Positions 19,080-27,580 of a DNA stretch of 64,000 nt are shown piece by piece; within the stretch, counting starts at the first letter, position 1, and each line of letters starts with the position of its first letter. Source of the stretch: an uncultured Eubacteriales bacterium (GTDB taxonomy: Bacteria > Acidobacteriota > Aminicenantia > Aminicenantales > UBA8522); NCBI GenBank assembly GCA_964445305.1, contig CAYUKK010000005.1, positions 6,614 through 70,613 on the forward strand. Direction: 5' to 3'. The notes beneath the pieces are model-generated. The model did not search any database. It was not told where the DNA came from and saw nothing but the letters and a program-made list of their open reading frames with translations. A program made the translations under genes and the position numbers.

Positions 19080-20242
19080 CGAGCTGCCTCCTTGATTGCT
19101 TTTAAAATATCATTAGGGTCATGGACCCAGCCGCCGCAGTGGGGAACACCGATGGCCGGCGCTTGGCCGAAAGCGCAGCGTTCAACCTCACGACGAATTT
19201 GGCCGAGGTTGATTTCCGGAACGACAAAAGCCTTGATTTTTTTTGCCAGTTCCCTTATCCGTTCCTCGGGGAAGGGCCAGACGGTGATCAACCGGAGTGT
19301 GCCAACTTTGATGCCCGCCTTTCTCGCTTCCTGGATCGCCTTAACAGCCACTCGCGAGGTGATCCCGTAGGAGACGACCACTACTTCAGCGCCATCTGTC
19401 TCTTCTTCCCTGTATTCAATGATTTTGTGGGCGTTTTTTCGGATTTTATCGTTGATGTGTCGGACGCACCAATCCTGGCATTCGGCGTTGATGATGGGGT
19501 AGCCTCTTTCATCGTGGGTTAAGCCGGTCGTGTGGAAACGGTAGCCATCGCCGGCTTTAACCATAAACGGCACGAGGTCTTTGTCCGGCTTGTAGGGTCG
19601 GTACTTATCCTTGGGGCCCTCATACCATTTTCTCTCTACGACCTCAATTTCGTCAGCGGGGGGAATGACAACTTTCTCGTGCATATGGCCGACGCACTCG
19701 TCGGTCATGAGGAATGTCGGCACTCGATACATTTCCGAGAGGTTGAAAGCCTTGATGGTCAGGTCGAAACACTCCTGCGGCGAATCAGGGGAGAGGGCGA
19801 TGATTTCGTAGTCGCCGTGAGAGCCCCATCTGACCTGCATCATGTCCGCTTGGCCTGTCAGAGTCGGCAGCCCCGTCGATGGGCCTCCTCGCTGGACGTT
19901 GGCGATGACGATGGGGACTTCCATCATGGCGGCGAGGCCGATGTTTTCCATCATTAAGGAAAAACCGGGTCCAGAAGTGACGGTCATGGATTTTACGCCA
20001 GCCCATGAGGCTCCGATGAGGGCGGCGACAGAGGCAATTTCGTCCTCCATCTGGATGAAAACTCCACCCACGTAGGGGATTCTTTCGGCGAATCTTTCCG
20101 CCGTTTCGGTCGAGGGGGTAATGGGATAGCCGGCGAAAAAGCGGCAACCGGCAGCTAAGGCTCCCTCGGCGATGGCAAAATCGCCGTCGAGGTAATGGGC
20201 GCCGGTGAGAACACCCTTAGGATCGGCTTTCACTTTTTTCAC
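19076..20242 (-). CDS. 2-oxoacid:ferredoxin oxidoreductase alpha subunit
   Basis: 388 aa. VLTG...AIAEGALAAGCRFFAGYPITPSTE and FLMTDECVGHMHEKV. Confidence 0.85.
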   Translation of the reverse strand: MKKVKADPKGVLTGAHYLDGDFAIAEGALAAGCRFFAGYPITPSTETAERFAERIPYVGGVFIQMEDEIASVAALIGASWAGVKSMTVTSGPGFSLMMENIGLAAMMEVPIVIANVQRGGPSTGLPTLTGQADMMQVRWGSHGDYEIIALSPDSPQECFDLTIKAFNLSEMYRVPTFLMTDECVGHMHEKVVIPPADEIEVVERKWYEGPKDKYRPYKPDKDLVPFMVKAGDGYRFHTTGLTHDERGYPIINAECQDWCVRHINDKIRKNAHKIIEYREEETDGAEVVVVSYGITSRVAVKAIQEARKAGIKVGTLRLITVWPFPEERIRELAKKIKAFVVPEINLGQIRREVERCAFGQAPAIGVPHCGGWVHDPNDILKAIKEAAR

Positions 20243-20492
20243 CTTCTTCCTCCTCTTTCATGAGAGTCACGTAGAGGGCAAATTCTGGGCAGATGGCCTC
20301 GCAAAGCTGGCAATAGCAGCAGTTTTCTTCGTGGACAATGCGGGGCGGGTGATAGCCTTTTCGGTTGAATTCCTCAGAAAGCTCAAGGACATCGCGGGGA
20401 CAATACTCAACGCAAAATCCGCATCCCTTGCAGCGTTCTCTATCGATGTGGATCTTGCCCTTTTTCGGTTTGAGGTCACCAAAATAAACCAT
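20217..20492 (-). CDS. 4Fe-4S dicluster ferredoxin, delta subunit of the four-subunit oxidoreductase
   Basis: Start at MVYFGDLKPKK (SD GAGAGGAAAC). CKGCGFCVEYCP and CCYCQLCEAICP. Confidence 0.7.
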   Translation of the reverse strand: MVYFGDLKPKKGKIHIDRERCKGCGFCVEYCPRDVLELSEEFNRKGYHPPRIVHEENCCYCQLCEAICPEFALYVTLMKEEEEGEKSESRS

Positions 20493-20500
20493 GTTTCCTC

Positions 20501-21382
20501 TCACATCAAGCTTTTTTCGACGAGCAAAGGCTTGGGGTCAATATAATGGAGGTCGAGACGCAAATCTTTCTCCGCGCAGCCGAGCGCCATAGCCAGGAGT
20601 TGAGTGAAATAGAGAACGGGCATCGTCTTGAATTCGGGATACAAGCGAGCTGTCTCTTTCTGCCGGTGGTCAAGGTTAAAAGCGCAAAGAGGGCAACTGA
20701 CAGCCACGACTTCGGCACCCTGCTCGCGAGCCGAGTTGAGGATCCTGTAAGTCCGCTCGGCCACCACCTCCGGCTTGTCGACTGTCTGGTAAGAAGCGCA
20801 GCATTCGGTCTTGTAAGGGAAGTCGACGGGCTGAGCGCCCAGAGCGGCCATCAGGTGTTCTAAAATCATCGGGTTCTCGGGATCATCGAGGCCAATTTCT
20901 TTGGGGCGGACGAGGAGGCAACCGTAGTAGCTGGCGACCTTCAGGCCCCTTAGGGGCCGCCGGACCTTCTGGGCGATCGTGTCCAGCTTGATGTCGTCGC
21001 GGAGAAGCTCGAGAAGATGGCGGATGCGGATATCCCCAGCATAGGCGATTTTCTCCTCATCCATGAACTTGTGGATTTTCGTCAAACTCTCCGGGTCGGC
21101 CTTGATTCTTTCATTGACTCTTTTGAGGGTGTTGTAGCACATCGCACAGAGGGTGAGGACGGAATCCGAGCCGCTTTCTTTAACCCGGATGAGGTTACGG
21201 ATAGAAGCAAGATGATGGATCAGGTCATCAGCAGCTAAGGAGTAAACCGTGCCGCAGCAGTTCCAGCGCTTGAGCTCTTCGACCTCAAGGCCGAGCTCTT
21301 TTAGGGAGCATAATGTCGAATCTTCAAAATTCTTAGCATTGCTCTTCAGAGTGCAGCCCGGATAATAACTTATTTTCATCAT
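20501..21382 (-). CDS. hdrB: HdrB-like CCG-domain protein (two cysteine-rich CCG domains; the second reads CCAS)
   Basis: 293 aa. YYPGCTLKS...RWNCCGTVYS...LCAMC and YYGCLLVRP...ECCASYQ...CPLCAF. Confidence 0.78.
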   Translation of the reverse strand: MMKISYYPGCTLKSNAKNFEDSTLCSLKELGLEVEELKRWNCCGTVYSLAADDLIHHLASIRNLIRVKESGSDSVLTLCAMCYNTLKRVNERIKADPESLTKIHKFMDEEKIAYAGDIRIRHLLELLRDDIKLDTIAQKVRRPLRGLKVASYYGCLLVRPKEIGLDDPENPMILEHLMAALGAQPVDFPYKTECCASYQTVDKPEVVAERTYRILNSAREQGAEVVAVSCPLCAFNLDHRQKETARLYPEFKTMPVLYFTQLLAMALGCAEKDLRLDLHYIDPKPLLVEKSLM

Positions 21383-21423
21383 AATTTCCTAAAAATATGA
21401 ATTGAACTGTTATGATGGCCATT

Positions 21424-21831
21424 TTACGAAGTGAACTTACGGAAATTGCTGATGAGGGCAATCGGTGGAACGCTCGCTTTTTCCTCATCGGAGAGCTCAC
21501 GCACCTCAACATGATCGCATCGCTTGCGGAGCAGAATCTGACGAACGGCTTCCATGACCTCAGCGATCTTGATGCCCTTTGGGCAACGCACATTGCATGT
21601 ATAGCAGGAAGCGCAGACCCAAACGGATCGAGATTGAAGGAGCTCATCTTTTAGGCCAAGCTGAGCGAACCGGATAATTTGGTTGGGCAAAATGTCCATC
21701 TGGGAAACAGCCGGACAGCCGGCCGAACACTTGCCGCACTGGTAGCAGGCCAGAAGTTTTTGGCCGCTCAATTCCTCCACTTTTTCAACAAAACTATCCC
21801 TAATCTTTTTCTTGGATAGGGTAACTCTCAT
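21424..21831 (-). CDS. hdrC: HdrC-like 2x[4Fe-4S] subunit
   Basis: CYQCGKCSAGCP and CASCYTCNVRCP. ATG at 21831 (MRVTLSKKK) is preferred over the GTG at 21849. Confidence 0.75.
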   Translation of the reverse strand: MRVTLSKKKIRDSFVEKVEELSGQKLLACYQCGKCSAGCPAVSQMDILPNQIIRFAQLGLKDELLQSRSVWVCASCYTCNVRCPKGIKIAEVMEAVRQILLRKRCDHVEVRELSDEEKASVPPIALISNFRKFTS

Positions 21832-21956
21832 TGTTATTTCTCTTTCCACCCCAAAAATTCAAGTTGGCTTGGTTTTGATGCATTTTCCTGGCCAAAAATG
21901 ACCCTTCAGTAAACCACAATTTGAATTTGCTGTCAAGAAAATCAGGAGGTGAAGTG

Positions 21957-24128
21957 CTAATGCCCCCCAAAAAACAGAAGAAGAAAGAGACACATGAGGT
22001 TGAGCAAGAAGATGCTTATCAAAACGAAAGGCAAGCCCGTCAGAGGGATGAGCAAGGTGCTCGTGAGCAAAGCCCCTCCAAAAGAACCGAGAAGGTCCAG
22101 CCCGTAGCCGAGACCGTAATCGGCTTTGGATTTAAGATAGAGCTGGTTCGAGACAATGAAGAGGTCGCCTCCCAGATAACCCAGGGCGAAGAGGATGAGA
22201 AAAGCCAGAACCTCGGGCGGTCTTGCCCGCATCATTATTAGGAAAACGAGAAGAAGGAAAAGAAATCCAGCCTGGATAAGAGCCAACTGGCGGAAGGAGA
22301 AACTCCGTTTTTTCGACCTGACCCAGCTTCCTATATAAAGCCCGAGCATAAAAATGGAGAGGAGGAGGGCAATAGCGCCATAAAGGTATCCATAAAGAGC
22401 TTGAAACCAGACGAGGAGGATGATTTCTGTGATGATCGTCGTAAAACCCATGACGGCCAAGGGGACAAGCGGCAATGGACTTTTCTTCTTCCGGATGAGC
22501 AGCCAAACGGAAACAAGGCAAAAAAAGGCCAGGGGGAGAGTAAGAAGCCAGAGGGGAGAGAGTTGGGAGAAATACTTGAGGCCCTTGACTTCGAGACCGC
22601 GGAAATGCGCGCTCCAGAGCATGATCTGGAAATAGAAACTGATGGGGGCCAAGTCCGTGTTGACCCGGCTCTGTCTCGATTTCATCGCTGTCTCCAGTCG
22701 GTCGCGGCGCAGAGGATGGAGCCGGGATAAAAGAGAAGAGCGAGTGAAATACAGGGTCTCGAGGCCAAGGGCTTCCACCCTTTGGGCGAGCACTTCAGGC
22801 TCCACCTGAATCGACTCCGAGGAGCCAAGGAAAACATTCCTGGCGCCAGGAATGACTTCGACATGGGGAAAGACTTCTTTCAGGGTGTGGTAAAGAGAAG
22901 CTAAGAATAGCTCCAGCTCGCCTCCGATGTAGTCTTCCGCCGAGGCGACAATGAAGGAGAGAACCCCAGCTGAAGTGAGCTTTCTCTTGGCCAGGCGGAA
23001 GAATTCAAGGGTATAAAATCGATTGAGTTGGGCCGTGCTGGGATCGGGCAAGGAAATGAGAATGCCATCGTAGGAATTGTCGGCCTTTTGGAGGAAAGCG
23101 CGTCCATCCTCAAAGAAAAGATGAACCCGGGCGTCGCTCAAGGCCCTTTTTTCTTCTTCAGGGAGGAAGAGCCTGGAGAGTTGGATTACTTCCGGGTCGA
23201 GTTCGACATAATCGACCCGGGCTATGGGGTATTTGAGGATCTCCATCAACGTTCCTCCAGCCCCGCCGCCAATGAGGAGGATTCTTTCAGCTTCCGGTTT
23301 CTGAAGGAGGGCGAAATGGACAGATTCTTCAGCCGAAGCCCGATCAGGATGGGAATAAACAGGCGCGCTATTGCTATAAAGAGAGGTCTGTTCCTCGGTC
23401 TTGATGACCTGAAGCTTTCCGTACCGGGTGTCCCGGCTGGCCAGAAGATGGTAGGGCCGCCAGTAAAGCCTTTGTGTGGGCATATCGAGAAAGATGAACA
23501 CGGTGAGAACAAGTGTCAGAAGAGCCGGGATAACCAGCCTTTTCTTTTTGTCGACGAGCGAAAAGAGAAGCCACGTCCCCGCTCCTCCAATTAAGGCGGC
23601 TGCCTGCCAGGCACTGAAATGGGGCAGGAAGAGAAAATAGACCGTTAGCCCGGCGATGGTGGCTCCCAGTGATTCGAGCCTGTAAACGTCGTTGATTCGT
23701 CCGGAAGCTTTCCCAACGTTGAGGACAAAGAGCATTCCGAGAGGGAAACTGACGAGAAGACAGAGGCCGAAAGAAAGCCCGAGGACGGGCAGGAGGCCTA
23801 TGAGTTCACCTGGGAGGACCCGCATGATGAAACGGAAAACCCGCACCCCGGCCAGAGAAAGGACGATAAAAAAGATGACCCCATAATAGATTTGGGAGAG
23901 GTTTTTTTGAAGGAAAGACCAGCGGGAAGCAAGAATGCTTCCCAAGCCCCCCCAGAGGAGCCAGGATGCCAAGACGACCCCGAAGGTCAGCTCATTGCCG
24001 TAGAAATGGGCACTGAACTCCCGAAGGAGGAGAATCTGGGAGGAGGTTGCCAAAAATCCCAGGAGAAAAGGGGGGAAGGAATCCTTTAAGCCCAGATTCC
24101 AGGGATGGGGTTTTGGCAGAAGCGGCAT
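21957..24128 (-). CDS. polytopic membrane protein with a central spermidine-synthase-like (SpeE / class I MTase-fold aminopropyltransferase) domain
   Basis: 723 aa with many predicted TM helices at both ends. Central ILLIGGGAGGTLMEILKYP...VDYVELDPEVI...LISLPDP matches the SpeE-fold dinucleotide motif. Confidence 0.6.
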   Translation of the reverse strand: MPLLPKPHPWNLGLKDSFPPFLLGFLATSSQILLLREFSAHFYGNELTFGVVLASWLLWGGLGSILASRWSFLQKNLSQIYYGVIFFIVLSLAGVRVFRFIMRVLPGELIGLLPVLGLSFGLCLLVSFPLGMLFVLNVGKASGRINDVYRLESLGATIAGLTVYFLFLPHFSAWQAAALIGGAGTWLLFSLVDKKKRLVIPALLTLVLTVFIFLDMPTQRLYWRPYHLLASRDTRYGKLQVIKTEEQTSLYSNSAPVYSHPDRASAEESVHFALLQKPEAERILLIGGGAGGTLMEILKYPIARVDYVELDPEVIQLSRLFLPEEEKRALSDARVHLFFEDGRAFLQKADNSYDGILISLPDPSTAQLNRFYTLEFFRLAKRKLTSAGVLSFIVASAEDYIGGELELFLASLYHTLKEVFPHVEVIPGARNVFLGSSESIQVEPEVLAQRVEALGLETLYFTRSSLLSRLHPLRRDRLETAMKSRQSRVNTDLAPISFYFQIMLWSAHFRGLEVKGLKYFSQLSPLWLLTLPLAFFCLVSVWLLIRKKKSPLPLVPLAVMGFTTIITEIILLVWFQALYGYLYGAIALLLSIFMLGLYIGSWVRSKKRSFSFRQLALIQAGFLFLLLVFLIMMRARPPEVLAFLILFALGYLGGDLFIVSNQLYLKSKADYGLGYGLDLLGSFGGALLTSTLLIPLTGLPFVLISIFLLNLMCLFLLLFFGGH

Positions 24129-25207
24129 TTACCGTTTTCCAGCTCGATTTTTTCGACGTCGAAACCAAGACGCCGGATGATGAGGTTCTGGCAGCGCGGG
24201 CAGTACGTGTGCTCACCCATGTGGCCGGGGACATTCCCAATGTAAACATAATTGAGGCCTTCTTCCCTGGCCACATTCCGGGCTTTCTCCAGAGTCGACA
24301 CCGGAGTGGGAGGGAGGTTCTTGATGAGATACATGGGGTGAAAACGGGAGAAGTGGAGGGGAATATCGGGTCCAACCTCCTTCCTGATCCACCGACACAT
24401 GGCCCGAATTTGTTCCATGTCGTCGTTGAGCTGGGGAATGACCAGGTAGACAAGCTCCAGCCAGACTTGGCTCTGGCGGACGATCTTGATCGCCTCGAGG
24501 ACGGGCTTGAGCTCTCCCCGGACATAGGTCTTATAGAATTCCTCCGAGTAAGCCTTGAGGTCAATCTTAATAGCTTCCACGACTTTGGTCAGGTCGAGGA
24601 GGGGCTCAGGGCTGATGTGCCCACCGGTGACGACACAGTTTTTAATTTTATGACGACGGGCCTCGATGGATGTGTCGTACATGTACTCAAAGAAAACGAT
24701 GGGTTCTGTGTAGGTATAAGAAATGGATGGACAATCGAACTTGAGGGCGGCGTTGACGACAGCGGTGGGGGGTAAATCGAAATGGCGGACTTGCTCAGGC
24801 CGGACCTGGGAGATTTGCCAGTTCTGGCAGAACTTGCAGTTGACATTGCAGCCAGCCGTAGCGATGGATAGGGATTTCGTTCGCGGCAAAAAATGGAAGA
24901 AAGGCTTTTTCTCGATGGGGTCGACGTTCATCGTGCAGGCTTTCCCATAAACGAGCGTGTAATAAATGCCCCCATCGTTTTCCCGGACACCGCAATAGCC
25001 CCGCTCCTTGTCACCGAGGCGGCAGAGTCGGGGGCAGAGTAAGCATTCGATTTCCCTGTCCGGGAGTTTCTTATAGTATCGGGCCTCGACTCGAGAGAGG
25101 TTGGGCTCGGCTTGGAAAGCGAAAAGGTTCCACAACGATTCTCCTGTTCCTGAACCCAAAAGCAAGCTCGAACCGGCCAGAGTCTTGACGAAATTCCTCC
25201 TCTTCAT
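24086..25207 (-). CDS. AmmeMemoRadiSam-system-type radical SAM enzyme (AmrS-like) with an N-terminal twin-arginine (Tat)-like signal
   Basis: 373 aa. ECLLCPRLCRLGDKERGYCGVRENDGGIYYTLVYGK...VDPIEKKPFFHF...AGCNVNCKFCQNWQISQ (CX3CX2C). N-terminus MKRRNFVKTLAGSSLLLGSGTG...AFQA. Confidence 0.72.
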   Translation of the reverse strand: MKRRNFVKTLAGSSLLLGSGTGESLWNLFAFQAEPNLSRVEARYYKKLPDREIECLLCPRLCRLGDKERGYCGVRENDGGIYYTLVYGKACTMNVDPIEKKPFFHFLPRTKSLSIATAGCNVNCKFCQNWQISQVRPEQVRHFDLPPTAVVNAALKFDCPSISYTYTEPIVFFEYMYDTSIEARRHKIKNCVVTGGHISPEPLLDLTKVVEAIKIDLKAYSEEFYKTYVRGELKPVLEAIKIVRQSQVWLELVYLVIPQLNDDMEQIRAMCRWIRKEVGPDIPLHFSRFHPMYLIKNLPPTPVSTLEKARNVAREEGLNYVYIGNVPGHMGEHTYCPRCQNLIIRRLGFDVEKIELENGKCRFCQNPIPGIWA

Positions 25208-25230
25208 GAGTAGCCTACCGTTTAATATTA

Positions 25231-26127
25231 TTATACCTCATCCTCAAGAATTTGTATTTCCTTGAGGCTGGCCACTCCGAGCCCCATTTTTTCAGCTGTC
25301 GATAGGTATTCGGGCTTTCGCCTTTCTTCCTCGAGGGAGGGAAGCCCTTTGCGGGCGCGAAGATCTTCGATCACCCGCCAGCCGACCGAATCGGCCGCTA
25401 CCGGGTCGACAGCAAAAATGAGCATCCCGCACGGTTCGGCCCACTGAGCATGGAAGCTCGGACCCCGGTGATACTGGACACGGAGAGCATCGAGGATGGA
25501 AAGTCGGTGCTTGTTCTTTATGGGCGGGGTGTCGAACAGTTCCGCCACATAAGGATTGCAGTGGGCATCGTGGTATTTGTTTGGATTATGGATGGCGCCG
25601 AAGTAATTCTTCAGGCTGGCCGTGATACCCGCCAAACCATGGTCTTTGAGGATAGCCAGGCTGATCGAAGCCGTGACAAAGTTAGTCTGGATGGTCGAGA
25701 AAAGGCTGCCGATATTGGCGTGGGAAATGAGCTCTGTTTCGTAGCCAGCTCCTTCTGTGTCGGTGGCGAAAACCTTAAGCCGTTGACTGTCCAGGCTTAG
25801 CCGGAAGCCAGCTTCACGAAGTTCCCGATTGCTCCTGTCCCAGATGATGATATTTTTTTCCTGCAGACCCGACCTCGTCAGCAGGGTTACGAGGGCGAGG
25901 CAGACTTCGGGCCGAGTCGAAAGAAGCCGGCCAGCAATCGTGTTGATCTTGATGCCGACTCTATCCGAAGGCTTAAAGACCAGGCGCAGCGCTTCCTTGG
26001 CCTCATGGGAGCCAAAGAGTCGCGACAGGCCGCGCTCGACCATCAAAGCCACCTGGGAAGGGTTGAGCTCACCAGCGGCGCTGAGCACCCCGGGGCTGCG
26101 GATAACGGCGACTCGAGTTGGCTTCAT
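25231..26127 (-). CDS. DUF362-family protein
   Basis: 298 aa. RVAVIR...FKPSDRVGIKINT...TRPEV...IIIWDRS is the DUF362 pattern. Confidence 0.55.
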   Translation of the reverse strand: MKPTRVAVIRSPGVLSAAGELNPSQVALMVERGLSRLFGSHEAKEALRLVFKPSDRVGIKINTIAGRLLSTRPEVCLALVTLLTRSGLQEKNIIIWDRSNRELREAGFRLSLDSQRLKVFATDTEGAGYETELISHANIGSLFSTIQTNFVTASISLAILKDHGLAGITASLKNYFGAIHNPNKYHDAHCNPYVAELFDTPPIKNKHRLSILDALRVQYHRGPSFHAQWAEPCGMLIFAVDPVAADSVGWRVIEDLRARKGLPSLEEERRKPEYLSTAEKMGLGVASLKEIQILEDEV

Positions 26128-26238
26128 TTTCCAATTCCATAATTACTCCACATCAGAGACTCTGTCAATCGCCGTGCCCGGTGCTGAATTGAAAATAGAT
26201 TCTTTCTATTGTAAATTGTATAAGCTCAAATAAGGAGA

Positions 26239-27189
26239 ATGAAGATAATGAACAGAAGAGGCGCGTTCAACCTCGGCTGGTTTCTTGCGTTCTTCCTCTT
26301 TCTTGTTTCTCCGCTTGACTCACGGCCTTCCTCTTCTCTTCTCGCCCTCCTCCCCGAAGTTCCCGGTTGGGAGCTGGCGGAAGAGCCCCGGCTCTATCAG
26401 CCTGATAACTTGTTCGAATACATCGATGGCGCGGCTGAATCCTATTTGAGCTACGGATTCAAAGAGCTTGTTGTTGCCCAGTATAAAAGGCCTGATGGGC
26501 CAGGCACTTTGACCCTGGAAATTTATCGCCTGGATTCGACCAAGGCTGCCTTCGGCATTTATAGTGCGGAAAGATACCCGGAAAGTCGATTCCTCGATGT
26601 CGGGGTTCAGGGATACATAGAAGACGGAAGCTTGAACTTCGTCCTAACCGATAAATATGTCAAGCTCCTCAGCTTCGAGATGGGGGAGGCCGCAGAGAGA
26701 GTGCTCATGCTTTTTTCCCAAAAGGTAGAGAAATTGGCCGGCGAAAAAGGAGCGTGGCCAGAGGCACTTCAGTTGTTCCCACGCGCGGGGCTTATTGCCA
26801 ACAGCGAGAAATTTATCCTTCGTAACTTCCTGGGATACGGTTTTCTTCACGACGGCTACTTGGCCAGCTACCGGGTGAACGGACAGGAATTCGAGCTTTT
26901 CCTCGTTGAAGGGAATAGCGACGAGGAAGCTAACGTCATGCTTGAGGAGTTCTTGACTCAGTCCGCCCGACGGGGGAGCTTGACCGAAAGGGTGGAAGCC
27001 GGCTATCATATCCAGGATCGATATATCCAGCACATATACTTGGCAAAAATGAGGAATTTCTTAGCCGGAGTTATACGCGTCCGCGACGAAGCAAGAGAGA
27101 CAGGATATCGCTATCTTAATTTACTCCTTGAATCCTTGAAGAAAAAGGCGGCAGCTTCCCACGAGTTGCCGCGTCCCGGCCTTTTTTGA
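26239..27189 (+). CDS. secreted hypothetical protein (N-terminal signal peptide)
   Basis: 316 aa. MKIMNRRGAFNLGWFLAFFLFLVSPL hydrophobic leader. No recognisable catalytic motif. Confidence 0.5.
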   Translation: MKIMNRRGAFNLGWFLAFFLFLVSPLDSRPSSSLLALLPEVPGWELAEEPRLYQPDNLFEYIDGAAESYLSYGFKELVVAQYKRPDGPGTLTLEIYRLDSTKAAFGIYSAERYPESRFLDVGVQGYIEDGSLNFVLTDKYVKLLSFEMGEAAERVLMLFSQKVEKLAGEKGAWPEALQLFPRAGLIANSEKFILRNFLGYGFLHDGYLASYRVNGQEFELFLVEGNSDEEANVMLEEFLTQSARRGSLTERVEAGYHIQDRYIQHIYLAKMRNFLAGVIRVRDEARETGYRYLNLLLESLKKKAAASHELPRPGLF

Positions 27190-27202
27190 TTGGCCAGACG
27201 AA

Positions 27203-27580
27203 TCAGTCCTCCTCAGGTCGGGGAGGGTTCTGCTGAAGGTAGTCCTTGAGCTTGGCGAATTCTGTTTCCAGGCAAGCGAGCGCTTTCTGGGCTTGGACCA
27301 GGTTCTCGTCCCGGCCGGCCAGTTCGAGAGCCAAAGAAGCCTTCTGAAGAGAGGCCAAGCTCAAATTAGCCGAAGAACCTTTCAAGCTGTGGCCCAACTT
27401 CTGGACGGCAACGAAATCCTGGCGATGGATGGCGTCCTTGATAAGTCGGGATTTTTCATTGTAGTCGTCGATATACATCTTGAGGAGCTCTTCGAGAAAG
27501 CTGGCGTCGCCCCCGACTCTTTCGAGCACCTCCTGGTAGTTGATAGTAAGATTCCAATCTGGATGAGCATGGTTAGGCAT
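27203..27580 (-). CDS. Hpt (histidine phosphotransfer) domain protein
   Basis: QKLGHSLKGSSANLSL is the Hpt active-site His motif. Downstream of and overlapping the REC-GGDEF gene. Confidence 0.55.
   Translation of the reverse strand: MPNHAHPDWNLTINYQEVLERVGGDASFLEELLKMYIDDYNEKSRLIKDAIHRQDFVAVQKLGHSLKGSSANLSLASLQKASLALELAGRDENLVQAQKALACLETEFAKLKDYLQQNPPRPEED

Noticed and set aside
21921-22241. 106-aa highly charged plus-strand ORF (KKQKKKETHEVEQEDAYQNERQARQRDEQ)
   Set aside because: It is antisense to the 3' end of the SpeE-like membrane-protein gene. It has low complexity and no support.
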